A stretch of DNA of 64,000 nucleotides from Macrostomum lignano (Eukaryota), in contig NIVC01000225.1 of assembly GCA_002269645.1 (NCBI GenBank), forward strand, positions 412,416 to 476,415, given 5' to 3'. A model generated the notes under the pieces. The model was not told the DNA's origin, made no database searches, and was given only the letters and a program-made list of their open reading frames with translations. Each line of letters begins with the position of its first letter. Positions within the stretch are counted from its first letter, which is position 1. The translations under genes were made by a program, and so were the position numbers. Shown piece by piece: positions 23,401 through 36,447 of this stretch.

Positions 23401-26400
23401 GTAGGACATTAACCTGCAGTTTAGCTACAAGTGACTATTGGGGTAGACTATGGGGTAGGACATTAACCTGCAGTTTAGCTACAGGTGACTATTGGGGTAG
23501 ACTATGGGGTAGGACATTAACCTGCAGTTTAGCTACAGGTGACTATTGGGGTAGACTATGGGGTAGGACATTAACCTGCAGTTTAGCTACAGGTGACTAT
23601 TGGGGTAGACTATGGGGTAGGACATTAACCTGCAGTTTAGCTACAGGTGACTATTGGGGTAGACTATGGGGTAGGACATTAACCTGCAGTTTAGCTACAA
23701 GTGACTATTGGGGTAGACTATGGGGTAGGACATTAACCTGCAGTTTACAGATTTGACTATTGGGGTAGACTTTAAGGTAGGTCATTAAGGGCAGGGAAAA
23801 AACTTACCTAGAAGCGGCCGACACAGATGGAGAGACGGCGGCTGTTGCAGCCACGGTGGCAGACGAAGGCGGAATCGATCGGAAAGCTTTCCAACGAATC
23901 AGACACTCGGCCAGTTTAGCGCCCATCTCTTCTAACTCTCGAACGCCCATGTGGAAGCCCCGATAGAGGCCCTGGTCACAGCAGCTGTAGCTGGCTTCCA
24001 ATGTGTAGGCGCACTGGATTCGCATCTGCCGCCACACCACTACGCGGGCTGTTGCTTCTTTGGCCTGGCCATTGTATTGGGATTAGGGACTGAGGATTAG
24101 TAATATGGGATTTCAAATCTGCGATGAACAGTTGGGATCAGTGATCGAAAATTTCCTATCTGGGTTCGGGATTTAGGATCAGGGATTGGGGATCTAGAAT
24201 TGAGGAGTTTTAGTCGGGTTTAAGAATTGGGATACCAGGGTTCGAAGATAAGGTATCTGGGGATCAGGGGAATCAGGGATGCAGGATTTGGGATCTGGGG
24301 ATCTGGGATGCAGGATTTGGGATCTGGGGATCTGGGATGCAGGATTTGGGATCTGGGGATCTGGGATGCAGGATTTGGGATCTGGGGATCTGGGATGCAG
24401 TATTTGGGATCTCGGGATCTGGGATGCAGTATTTGGGATCTCGGGATCAGGGATGCAGGATTTGGGATGTGGGGATCTTGGATGCAGGATTTGGGATCTG
24501 GGGATCTGGGATGCAGGATTTGGGATCTGGGGATCAGGGATGCAGGATTTGGGATGTGGGGGTCTTGGATACAGGATTTGGGATGTGGGGATCTGGGATA
24601 CAGGATTTCGGATTTGGGGACCAGGGATACAGGATTTGGGATCTGGGGTATAGAAGTTTGGGATCTGAAATCAGGGATTTGGAATCTGAGAATCGGGAAC
24701 TTAGGATTTAGGATCTAGATAGGATCTATTATATTATTATTAGGATCTAGATACTGGGATCAGGGACTAGGGGTTGCGATCTGGGATTAAGGACTGAAGT
24801 CTGGGAATCAGGCAATCAGTAAAAAGCTAGCAAGAATTTGCACCTTCTCCACGGCGAAGCAGCAGTTAGACCAGGAGAAAGCCGGTGCGGACTGGGCCAG
24901 CAGACGGGGCAGAGCTCGATATCCCGGATCCTCAGCGGGCGGTCCCGAGCCGCCTGCGCCCAGCAACCAGCCGGGATTGTTCCGATCGACGCCCTGCACC
25001 CAGCTTTGTGTGGGGCTGCAGCCGAACATGAAGACGTTGTTGCGGCGAGAGTGACCGTGACAGTCGATGTAGAGCGCCGGCCGGTGGCCAGTGAGACAGA
25101 GAAGGCCGAGCAGACCCTGGGGGAGAGGATGCGGCAGTTTCTGGGATTCTAGCCCTGCGATCCGGATTTCAAATGCAGTCTGTTATCCGGGTCAAATACT
25201 ATCAGGTGATCATCTGACATCCGGGTCAAATACTGTCAGGTGGTCATTTGACATCCGGGTCAGTACTGTCAGGTGATCATCTGACATCCGGGTCAATACT
25301 GTCAGGTGGTCATCTGACATCCGGATCAAATACTGTCAGGTGACCATCTGACATCCGGGTCAATACTGTCAGGTGATCATCTGACATCCGGGTCAATACT
25401 TTCAGGTGGTCATCTGACATCCGGGTCAAATAGTGTCAGGTGATCATCTGACATCCGGATAAAATTGCCGGATGTCACGTGACAACTGGGTTCGCAATAA
25501 TCATTAGAACAATTGATTTGTAGGTTAAAAACCATATTAAATGAGATGGCTCAAGTGGCTAGTTATTAGATAACTCACCTTGGTGTGGTAGATCTCAGGT
25601 TGCCTAGCAACAGTCGGACGCAACCAGGCCCTATTAAGATCTTCAGCCGACAATGAGCATCGATGATTGCCATTGATAACGCCGTCCGGATTAAGCATTG
25701 GCACCAATTTGAATATGAATTCTCGACGTAGTTGCCTGAAAATTATAACAAAAAGTTACGAGTTCTACTATCAACTACTATCAACTATCAACGAGTTCTA
25801 CTATCGCTATTATTGCTCAGCAGAGAAGAGGAAGGACCGGAAGTGATTAGCAGAGAAATCAAGGAACTCCAGGACCGGAAGTGATTGACAGAGAAATCAA
25901 GGAACTCCAGGACCGGAAGTGATTGACAGAGAAATCAAGGAACTCCAGGACCGGAAGTGATTAGCAGAGAAATCAAGGAACTCCAGGACCGGAAGTGATT
26001 ATCAGTGAAATCAAGGAACTCCAGGACTGGAAGTGATTATCAGTGAAATCAAGGAACACCAGGACCGGAAGTGATTAGCAGAGAAATCAAGGAACTCCAG
26101 GACCGGAAGTGATTAGCAGAGAAATCAAGGAACTCCAGGACCGGAAGTGATTAGCAGAGAAATCAAGGAACTCCAGGACCGGAAGTGATTAGCAGAGAAA
26201 TCAAGGAACTCCAGGACCGGAAGTGATTAGCAGAGAAATCAAGGAACTCCAGGACCGGAAGTGATTAGCAGAGAAATCAAGGAACTCCAGGACCGGAAGT
26301 GATTAGCAGAGAAATCAAGGAACTCCAGGACCGGAAGTGATTAGCAGAGAAATCAAGGAACTCCAGGACCGGAAGTGATTAGCAGAGAAATCAAGGAACT

Positions 26401-29400
26401 CCAGGACCGGAAGTGATTAGCAGAGAAATCAAGGAACTCCAGGACCGGAAGTGATTAGCAGAGAAATCAAGGAACTCCAGGACCGGAAGTGATTAGCAGA
26501 GAAATCAAGGAACTCCAGGACCGGAAGTGATTAGCAGAGAAATCAAGGAACTCCAGGACCGGAAGTGATTAGCAGAGAAATCAAGGAACTCCAGGACCGG
26601 AAGTGATTAGCAGAGAAATCAAGGAACTCCAGGACCGGAAGTGATTAGCAGAGAAATCAAGGAACTCCAGGACCGGAAGTGATTAGCAGAGAAATCAAGG
26701 AACTCCAGGACCGGAAGTGATTAGCAGAGAAATCAAGGAACTCCAGGACCGGAAGTGATTAGCAGAGAAATCAAGGAACTCCAGGACCGGAAGTGATTAG
26801 CAGAGAAATCAAGGAACTCCAGGACCGGAAGTGATTAGCAGAGAAATCAAGGAACTCCAGGACCGGAAGTGATTAGCAGAGAAATCAAGGAACTCCAGGA
26901 CCGGAAGTGATTAGCAGAGAAATCAAGGAACTCCAGGACCGGAAGTGATTAGCAGAGAAATCAAGGAACTCCAGGACCGGAAGTGATTAGCAGAGAAATC
27001 AAGGAACTCCAGGACCGGAAGTGATTAGCAGAGAAATCAAGGAACTCCAGGACCGGAAGCGATTCACTCGAGACCCAATAAAAGAACTGATTAGAACAGT
27101 GCACCAACCTAGCGGCTGGACTGACAAGATAATTGCCAAGGCCTCGAACAGTCCAACTGGCATTAGACTCGCCCGGATGCACTCGGCCAGTGATGAGCAC
27201 AACTGGCCGGTTAGAGTCCACAGGCTCAGCCGTGACAGTGACCAAATGTATCTGATTTCCGCCTAGGGAATTGCCCAAGCACTGTTTAGAGAATAAAATG
27301 TCTCCACCATCGGATCCAGATGATTGCCATTCTTCTAAATCAGCCAGCAGTCTCGTATAGGTGTAAGGAATATAATATGCCAGGTAGCAGATATCGCCGC
27401 TGTGTTTGAATGTGAGCGTGAAACTAGCCGTGTAATAAGGCATTCTGGGCCCGCTATTGGCAGTTTTCGGTCGCCAATATTGATTGCGATAATAGCAGAC
27501 ATCTTTGCCGGCACGGAGCCAATAGGCCCGGCCTAGCATGGCCTCTTTAACGCTAAACAGCAGAGGCCGCATGCCGCAGGTAAACTGGGAGCCGGGCTTC
27601 TCACAATTGATTATGTTAAACCTGTAGGGCACGCCAGCTTCGCAGTTTGATAGGCGGAAATAGAACCATTGCAGGTGGCCGCGATGGCCAATATCCGGGT
27701 TCAGCAGCAGATCGTATTCCCGTCTGCGGACTTGGATTGCTCGGCGTAGATTGCCTGACTCGAAACGGGATTCGAATGTCAGGTGACTGTTGAGCTGCTG
27801 AGGAGGCTGCTGCTGCTGCAGTTCGAGTTCGTCCTCGTTAATAAGGCGATTAGTATTGCTGGCCGCTGATCGAGATCGGGCGATGAGGTCGTCAAGGTCG
27901 TATACTACTCGGTCTATGATGTCGGAGGGGTCGATCCACCTGGGCGGGTGCAGGGTGCAGTGCTAGTAGTAGTTGCTTGAGTGTTCATATTCGATTCCCT
28001 ATTCATTGCACCTGGAAAGACCGCCCCTCTAGTAAGCATCTAGGCCACCAACAGCCTCCCAGATGCCTAGATGCTGGGCCAGCCTCCCAGATGCCTAGTT
28101 GCTGGGCCAGCCTCCAAGATGCTCAGTTGCTGGGCCAGCCTCCAAGATGCTCAGTTGCTGGGCCAGCCTCCCAGATCCTCAGTTTCTGGGCCAGCCTCCC
28201 AGATGCCTAGTTGCTGGGCCAGCCTCCAAGATGCTCAGTTGCTGGGCCAGCCTCCCAGATGCCTAGATGCTGGGCCAGCCTCCCAGATGCCTAGTTGCTG
28301 GGCCAGCCTCCCAGATGCTCAGTTGCTGGGCCAGCCTCCCAGATCATCAGTTTCTGGGCCAGCCTCCCAGATCCTCAGTTTCTGGGCCAGCCTCCCAGAT
28401 CCTCAGTTTCTGGGCCAGCCTCCCAGATCCTCAGTTGCTGGGCCAGCCTCCCAGATCCTCAGTTTCTGGGCCAGCCTCCCAGATCCTCAGTTTCTGGGCC
28501 AGCCTCCCAGATCCTCAGTTTCTGGGTCAGCCTCCCAGATCATCAGTTTCTGGGCCAGCCTCCCAGATCCTCAGTTTCTGGGCCAGCCTCCCAGATCCTC
28601 AGTTGCTGGGCCAGCCTCCTAGATCATCAGTTTCTGGGCCAGCCTCCCAGATCCTCAGTTTCTGGGTCAGCCTCCCAGATCATCAGTTTCTGGGCCAGCC
28701 TCCCAGATCCCCCAGTTGCTGGGCCAGCCTCCTAGATCATCAGTTTCTGGGCCAGCCTCCCAGATCCTCCAGTTGCTGGGCCAGCCTCCCAGATCCTCAG
28801 TTTCTGGGCCAGCCTCCCAGAGTGCCAGTTGCTGGGTTAACCTCTCAGACCCTGAATCGCTGGGCCCCTAACAACCCCAGATGCATGGACCCTTATCTGA
28901 TAAGCAATACCATTCAAAATAACATAACCAAGAAGCTCAGCGCACCTCCTAGCATCCTCCAGCACCAGAGCCTGCGTGCAGACGGACTTCCGCTCGGTCA
29001 GAGCCTCCCTATACGGCGGCGAAGTTGCTCCGATGAGGTCCGGATAGCCCAGCATTTGAAATCTAGCTACGGACTTAACGCGATTACTCAAACGTACGTA
29101 GCGTTCGGTTAGAATTGAAACGCCACTAGAGTCTGAAGTTGTCGATAGCCAAGGCGACACTCGCTGCTGCTGCTGCTGCTGCTGCTGACTACGCGAAGTG
29201 AGGGGCTTAGCCGCAACTGACAGTAGCGAAGTATCAGTAGCCGACAATCGCATCGATTTAGTCAAGGACTGCTCCAAAGACGCCATCATATTGGACGAGT
29301 TCAATAGATAACTAGCGGACGAAGCCAAACCGGATGACTGTTTAGACAGGCAGGGCAAGCTGACGGGCCCTGGCGATGCCTGGCTAGCCGCCTCCTGGCT

Positions 29401-29915
29401 AATCAGATGCCCGTAGGCGGCGTTCAATTCGGCAAGGCTGCGACCGTCGCAGTCATCAGGTTCAAAGGAATCAGCCCCGGCCTGATGACTGTTATCGTCT
29501 CCGTTCGCGTTGTCCTCGTCGTCGAGGTCATCATCATCGTCGAATTCTTCGTCATCATCATCATCATCATCGTCGTCGTCTAGATCGTCGTTGTCGACAA
29601 GATCGCAGCTGTTGTGACTATCGGCCTGATAGCTGGGCAGCGCAGAGCCGGCCGTAGCCGACTGCTGATAGCGCAGATTAACATTGTGAGGCGACATTGG
29701 CGTTGGCACTGGTAGGCGAGTTCTTGGAGCGCATTGGCGCAGGATTAGGGTAGCAGCCGAGGTCAGGGGTTCGAGCTCGGCATTGCCTAGAGAACCGCGG
29801 CACAGCTGATAGAGAGCTTCAGCGCCGCCGAGTTCCATCAGAGCCCGACGGCCGGCTCTGCGATTTGAATAATTAGAGCAATTAGGCTTTGACGTAGCGG
29901 AGCGTCAACGCGTCC

Positions 29916-29960
<45 letters not shown>

Positions 29961-32099
29961 AAGGTCCCAGATTCGATTCCCCTCATTAAATTTTGGGCGG
30001 TTGTTAAATTTAAATAATAATAATTGGTTACACCTGCCCGAATTGGGCAGGTGTGCAACCAACAGCTCAGCCGCAGCTATTGCTGTTCGGTCCAAGGACT
30101 GGGGGGTCGCTACACACACCTTCAATTCACCTTCACCTCCAGCTAATACTGGCACCAATTTTACAGCTGGGTGAACTAAAGCAGTGCAGAGTTAAGCCCT
30201 AAGTGTCTTGCTCAAGGACACAAATTGTTCCAAGTGGGATCTGGAATCGAACCCCTATCCTTGAAGTCGTGAGTTCGACGCTCTGAGCACTAGGTTACAA
30301 ACCCAGATCGTTCCGTTCGCGGGTCGAGAATCGAACCTCCGCGCCTTGACTAACTTAAACTAGCTGGGGAAAAGTGGGGGGAGAAATAGCACAAAACTCC
30401 TCACCGAACAGCGGTCAGCTGTTTCAGCAGCAGCAGCAGGGCACGCCTAATTGGTACATTTCTATTCCGATTGTCTCTACGCTGCCAGTCTTCGAACTGA
30501 GCCAATGCCAGGCCCAGTCCGCCGTTGCCCAACGCTCTGGCAGCGTTAGATCGCAGCCTAGTCAAGCAAATCAACGTGTCTAACGCCAGTTTCAATAGCG
30601 TTAGCTGACGCCTGCCGCACTGTTCGGTCAGTTTCAATAACTGTTGAATCGCCCCGGATCTGCCAGCGGCTGCGGCATTGCGCTGGCTGGACAAGCAGGC
30701 GGATTTTAATAGGGCCAACGGTACGTGAGCTTGGCGACCGGAGCCGGGACTGGCTAGGGCGCACTGGCGCAGCAGGCTCAGTGTGATTGGCAGGCACTGG
30801 TGCTGGCGGAGCCTGGCTGGCAGGCGCTTGTCTTTGGGTGCTAGCTTAGTTAGAATCTGCGCGATTGGTGGTATGGTTTCCAGGCTCGTTTGTTAATTAA
30901 CTTTTTACCTTAAACCTAGCGCTTAAAAACTGGTAAGGAATGTTGCATAAGTAAGGTGATTTGGCGAATGATACCCCCTGGTATAAGGTTCATTTTGGTG
31001 GAAAAAGCCTACTTATTTTCTCTATTATTTGTTAAGGTGACTCACAGGGAAACCGGTGAGATACTGGTAGATCAGTACAGTGTGACTCACAAGGGAACAG
31101 GTGAGATACTGGTAGATCAGTACAGTATGACTCACAAGGGAACAGGTGAGATACTGGTAGATCAGTACAGTATGACTCACAAGGGAACAGGTGAGATACT
31201 GGTAGATCAGTACAGTATGACTCACAAGGGAACAGGTGAGATACTGGTAGATCAGTACAGTGTGACTCACAAGGGAACAGGTGAGATACTGGTAGATCAG
31301 TACAATGTGACTCACGGGGAAACAGGTGAGATACTGGTAGATAAGTACAGTGTGACTCGCAGGGAAACAGACCGTGAGATACTGGTAGATCAGTACAATG
31401 TGACTCACAAGGGAACACGTGAGATACTGGTAGATCAGTACAATGTGACTCACAAGAGAACAGGTGAGATACTGGTAGATCAGTACAATGTGACTCACAG
31501 GGAAACAGGAGAGATACTGGTAGATAAGTACAATGTGACTCACAGGTGATGGTGAGAACAGGTGAGATACTGGTAGATCAGTACAATGTGACTCACAGGG
31601 CACAAGTGAGATATTGGGTAGATAAGTACAATGTGACTCACAGGGGAACAGGTGATGAAGGTGACAACCAATTATAAACTGATTGCGAACACTCACCTGA
31701 TGCAGCAGCATTAACATGGCTTCGTTTGGTGCAGATTCGCGCCATTCCTGCGCCATAGACTGGCAGAGCGCCATTGTGGCGCCATGTTTAACAAACACTT
31801 GAGCCCGTCTAGCTGTGTTGGCGTGGCCCAACAGTTCAGCAATGCAGTTAGCTGAGCACAGCTGCACAGCTCTGTCTGGCACACTTTGTAGGGTGAGCAC
31901 TAGGCTTTGAGCATAATTTGGCTGGCGCAACAGCCAATCTCGGTTGAGCTTGTCTGTGAATTTGGGTGGCAGTGATGGTGCTTAAACTCAAGGAACTGGG
32001 AACAGAGATAGATAGACTCTCTACTTACCCTGATTTTGCAGTGCTTGTAGCAGCCTCGATATCACTGTGCGAATATTGCCATGGCCAGAATCGTCCAAT
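20489..32099 (-). CDS. AGTPBP1: Cytosolic carboxypeptidase, CCP1/CCP4 subfamily (M14D tubulin deglutamylase); exons 32099-32029, 31953-31697, 30856-30405, 29857-28946, 27939-27109, 25735-25579, 25116-24844, 24064-23808, 20660-20489; start exon not found
   Basis: All 8 junctions are phase-consistent GT-AG. Motifs: [37 protein letters not shown] (HxxE), [41 protein letters not shown] (catalytic E); ARM-like N-terminal part; acidic tracts. Confidence 0.95.
20717..23790. repeat. 54-bp minisatellite, about 57 copies, last CCP intron
   Basis: Unit TAACCTGCAGTTTAGCTACAAGTGACTATTGGGGTAGACTATGGGGTAGGACAT; period 54 (21001 to 21055). Confidence 0.97.
24230..24790. repeat. Degenerate ~29-bp minisatellite (GGGATCTGGGGATCTGGGATGCAGGATTT), CCP intron
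   Basis: Direct reading. Confidence 0.9.
25185..25460. repeat. 33-34 bp minisatellite (TCAGGTGATCATCTGACATCCGGGTCAAATACTG), CCP intron
   Basis: About 8 copies. Confidence 0.9.
25829..27062. repeat. 38-bp minisatellite, about 32 almost identical copies, CCP intron
   Basis: Unit GGACCGGAAGTGATTAGCAGAGAAATCAAGGAACTCCA; period 38. Confidence 0.97.
28040..28835. repeat. 28-bp minisatellite (TGGGCCAGCCTCCCAGATCCTCAGTTTC), CCP intron
   Basis: About 28 copies with variant blocks. Confidence 0.95.
30014..30304 (-). mobile_element. CORE-like tRNA-SINE, copy 3 (CCP intron; next to (CT)n at 29918-29958)
   Basis: Same head, core and tail as copies 1 and 2; (ATT)n tail on the minus strand. Confidence 0.8.
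31036..31650. repeat. 45-bp minisatellite, about 13 copies, CCP intron
   Basis: Unit GTGACTCACAAGGGAACAGGTGAGATACTGGTAGATCAGTACAGT; period 45. Confidence 0.95.
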
Positions 32100-32473
32100 C
32101 TGACTCTACTATGATTAGCAGAATTTCTATGATGCTTAATTAGAGCTTCAAAATAGTTTTTAATCTTGCTTCTGAAATTAAAGTTCAATTACAAACTTGT
32201 CATGGAGAGAATCAAAGCAAAATTATATTATTATGAGCATCATAAACAATTATATTGTTTTTTTTCATAAGCTTTTAAACTTACCCATCCATGATATGTG
32301 AAAGCAGATTAGTAAGCCTTCTAATTTTGCAGTTAAAAAAGTTTAAACATCCAAATGCATCTGAAAAGGGTGATTTTTCTGCTGTTTTGTTATCACGATC
32401 ATATATATCCAAATATAGCAAGGCAAGCTGTATAAACTAAGTTCATATAATATTATATAGCCTAGCAATAAAC

Positions 32474-32713
32474 CAGTGGCGTAGCCAGGGGGACCAAGGG
32501 GGGGGGGTGCCCCCCCCCAATTGCCTAAGGGGGTGGGGTTGGGCACAATGGGTACCAAAAACCATAAGGCAATTGACTGCCTGCGGCACTAAAATAAGTG
32601 CCTGCAGCACCAAAATAAGTGCATGCAACACCAAAAGTGGCAATGGCATAAGGCATGGCCAGCCAGGCCAACCCTCCTCTTCCTACTAATTAAAATTCTT
32701 GGCTATGCCATTG
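32474..32713. mobile_element. MITE-like element with ~15-bp imperfect TIRs
   Basis: CAGTGGCGTAGCCAG ... TTGGCTATGCCATTG; a related right end CCTGGCTACGCC at 5629-5640. No clear TSD. Confidence 0.6.
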
Positions 32714-32744
32714 TAAATTGTAATAGACAAGATAATGGGCTATA

Positions 32745-33006
32745 ATATAAGAGACTATGTCAAGCTATGAAATAGCACTAAAAACTTTACTTGCAACTTC
32801 AGCTGGAATTGAATAAGACCAAAGTTGAAAAATAAATATTTTAATTTTACACAAGAGTTTTATACACCAATAAGGGGCTTAATATAAGGGGCTATGTCAA
32901 GCTATGAAATAGCACTAAAAACTTTATTTGCAACTTCAGCTGGAATTGAATAAGACTAAAGTTAAAAATACATGTTTTAATTTTACACAAGAGTTTTATA
33001 CACCAA
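32745..33006. repeat. Two-copy ~137-bp direct tandem duplication
   Basis: CTATGTCAAGCTATGAAATAGCACTAAAAAC... at 32755 and 32892. Confidence 0.85.
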
Positions 33007-35515
33007 CCCAACATAATATAGCATTTTTATATGAATAAAATTTATGACCCCTTGGCCTTGGCTTAGTTGGAGCCCAAAAAATTTTCCACAAGGCAAATTT
33101 TGCCTTGTAACCATTTTTGACATAAACTAGCTTTTAGAAAGAATAAAGTGCCCCCCCCTCCCCTCAAAATTTTCTAGACCCCCGTCTGCTAGCTATTGAA
33201 TCAATTAAAAACTATTTTAAGAAATTTATTCATATTTATTATATGTTTTATATATTCATAATTTTTCATTAGCATCAGCCTTATCAAAACAAAAGGATGC
33301 AAAAAAATATTTTATGCAGGAATTAGGCTCAAGTGAAACAGTGGTGAAAATTAACAAATAACCAAGTAAAAGTAATAAATTATGTTATGCAGACACAGGC
33401 CCTGGCGTATAGCTCGTAGGTTGGTCAATTATAACCACGTTAATTATTAATTTTAAAGCCTTCTAAATTAGTGCGTTAAATAGTTCGAATTATAAGCTTA
33501 CCTTTAATAGATAAAAAACTTATTTCCTAATTAATAAAAACCTATTTAACTGGGTTTTAGGCTATATTATCTTCTAAATTATATTTTGCAAATAATTATA
33601 AACTTGGCTTGTTAAACTAAAATAAATAATAAAAAAATTTCGAATTTGAAGATTTCGAAAATGATCATGGCCGCGCTAGGGGGTCTTAAGGTCTTTAAGG
33701 CATCTTTAAGGCTTTATACCTTACCTGGCACTGCCTGTCTCCACGTATACACAGTTTAAAAAACTTTAGCCTCAGATTCAACCAGAGTTGCATGTTTCAA
33801 TTGATTAATTTATTACACTACAGTTATGTAACTTTTAATTGTTTGGTACGTTTTGTCTTTTGATATATATTGCAAATTAATCTAAATCTGATTTTATTCT
33901 ACTAGTCCTAATTTTCATCTGCTATAGGCTCTACCTCTTCTCAGTAGTCAGTGGCAAGGTGAAAAAATATGTTTATTTATTTTTATGTTAACTTCAATTC
34001 AAAGACGAGTATAACTTTGGCTGTTAACTATTCCGTCAACTATTCCATCAACATTTCGTGTTAGTAGGATAAATAACTTTGTCAACTTTTCCATCAACTA
34101 TTCCATCAACTTTTCTGTTAACTTTTCCGTCAAGTATTCCATTCATTTTTTCCATTAACTCTTCTGTCAACATTTCTGCTTACAATTCCATTAACTTTTC
34201 CACCAAATAAGCCTATCTTATCACTTTTCCATTAACTATTTCATCAACATGTATGCAAGTCCGTAAAATATTCTATCAAATTATTTGTGTCCTCTAAATG
34301 AAAAGTGATAATTTTTTGCACAAGTGCAGTTTCCTTTGCAATTTTTTTATATATGCTTTAAGTTTGTTAAGTATATATGTACATATATAAATTATAAATA
34401 AAAAACACATGCAAAAATTTCCAGCGCAACATGTTCCAGAATTTAATTGGCATTGCTACACTACCTGCACTACAACATCTATACTTGTTCATTGATTTAT
34501 CTTTGTGAAATAAAGCACTAGTACTAGGGAAAATGGAAAAGATACACATTGTTACTAATGCAGGCTTGTTTTTTCATTGATATATAAGCATGCAAACACA
34601 ATAAATGATTAAAGAGCTACTCGCATGATGATCCTATTTGAGAAAGTCACATGTTTTTCAGTACAATAAATTGTTGATGGAAAAGTTGACGGAATACTTG
34701 ACAGAAAAGTTGACAGAAAAGTTAATGGAAAAGTTAATAAAAAAGTTGATGGAAAAGTTAGCAGAAAAGTTGACGGAAAAGTTGATAGCCAAAGTTATAC
34801 TTGTATTCAAAGTCAAATTTTACATTTCAAATAAAATTTTTAAATTTCTTAACTTTTAGATGTAGGCCTATTCTAATGCTTAGGTATTAATTTTATTCCT
34901 AGTTAAATAAAAGATAGATAACTAAGTTAATTAGTGTTAAGGACTTAGTAAGGGCCTAGTGACTTGCCAATATGCCAATGGGGAAAGAGCCTAGGCTATA
35001 AAAGGCAAACTAAGTAAAAATTATATTTTACTTAGTTATTATTAAAAATATTTTTATTTATTAAAAATTATATATCTAGGCCTAGGGAAAACTTTTTAAA
35101 TAAAAAATTTAAAAAATATATTTTTTTGGCTTTTACTCATTGAGTCATTAAGTAAGGTCAAAGTGGTAATAAACTATTATCTTTTTTATAAAATAAAGGT
35201 TATTTTAAGAACTGTGGCAAAATATGTGCTTTTGTTTATTGTATGTGTCTTTTGTATGTGTCTTTTGATATTCTAATATAATTTAACAAAATATTTTTAA
35301 TAGTCATAATCATATAATAACCTACAACCAATTTAGATATACTTTAGATATAATTTAGATATAATTTTTAGAAAAACATTATTTTTGTTGGCATTATTCT
35401 ACATGCAATATGAGTAGGCCTAGGTCTATAAAATGAGTAAAATATATGCAAGGCTTTCAATTTTTCGGTATACTAATTTTACCAAGAGACTTGATTAGTC
35501 CTATCCTATTGCATG

Positions 35516-36232
35516 TGTTGTGTCTTAGCCTGATGGCCGCTGGATAGGTCAGGGTTTAGGTCCCCCCCACCTGAGACACCCTAGTCCCAGCCCTCTACCC
35601 TGGCTACTCTTACATGCCCCTCGCTTGGCTAGGCAAGAGTTTGCCAGACCAACCACCCTAAGATCAGCAAGTGTTCACTGGTCCCAGGTCCCTAATAGCT
35701 CCTGGCCCCATGCGGCAACCTGAAAGATAAAAGCACGCGCTCACCTCTGCATTTACAGACTTATTTGCAAAGCGTTTATTGGCGCAAAGCAGAACAGTCA
35801 GCAATTGCAGGAGTTACAAGTTATTAGCTTGCAGAGAGCAGGTTTGTAGGATGACACCAAAGAAATGGAAAGGAATACAAAAAGATGTGGGGTGCAGCAT
35901 GCTCAGGGTGGGCCCTTAAATAATATTGTACACAAACAAGGGGGAGGGGTGGGGCAGACAGGAGAGGGCAAGCCAAACTCTGGGGCCCAGCTGGCTTATC
36001 AGCCAGCCAGCCAATGCAAGCAGCCCTAGGGTGAGACGGGACAAAGAGAGAGGAATAAGGCAAGCACCTAGATTAGACAAGAATTGGGACAGGGGGCTGG
36101 GTGCAGAAAAGGCTAGGCCAGGGTTAAGGCTTATGCCTCTTACAAACCCTGGCCTGGGCGCAAGACAAGGGACAAGGCAGGGTGGCATGAAAAAATGAAA
36201 ACAAGGCCAAAGTACACAAGTGCAGCCCAACA
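35516..36232 (-). mobile_element. Candidate solo LTR (TGTTG...CAACA)
   Basis: GC-richer island in AT-rich DNA, 5-bp inverted termini, minus-strand TATTTAA (~35920) then AATAAA (~35780); flanks CATG/GATG are only an imperfect TSD; no second copy in the window. Confidence 0.3.
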
Positions 36233-36339
36233 GATGCCATATTAGAATAAATTTTCGAGTATAATTTTGGCTATAAACTTTACCATCAATAGTTTCATTT
36301 ATTTTTCTCATGCTTAGGTGCAACCTAGGGATTCACCTG

Positions 36340-36447
36340 GCCATTTCTATTGGCAACATACATAAATTGCTATTGAATAGAATAGTAGTCACGTGACTGC
36401 TCTCAGCCAATAGTGACTTATATGTGTGTGTTGCCAATAGAAATGGC
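36340..36447. repeat. 108-bp element with a perfect 19-bp inverted repeat and central palindrome AGTCACGTGACT
   Basis: GCCATTTCTATTGGCAACA (36340-36358) / TGTTGCCAATAGAAATGGC (36429-36447); palindrome at 36387-36398. Confidence 0.7.

Noticed and set aside
20717-27062. CRISPR-like regular repeats
   Set aside because: Units are head-to-tail with no unique spacers, there are no cas genes, and the context is eukaryotic introns.
33725-33795. Candidate first CCP exon (ATG...GCCAG|GTAAGG, minus strand)
   Set aside because: Its ATG frame ends in phase 0, whereas the exon at 32099 needs phase 2; no homology support.
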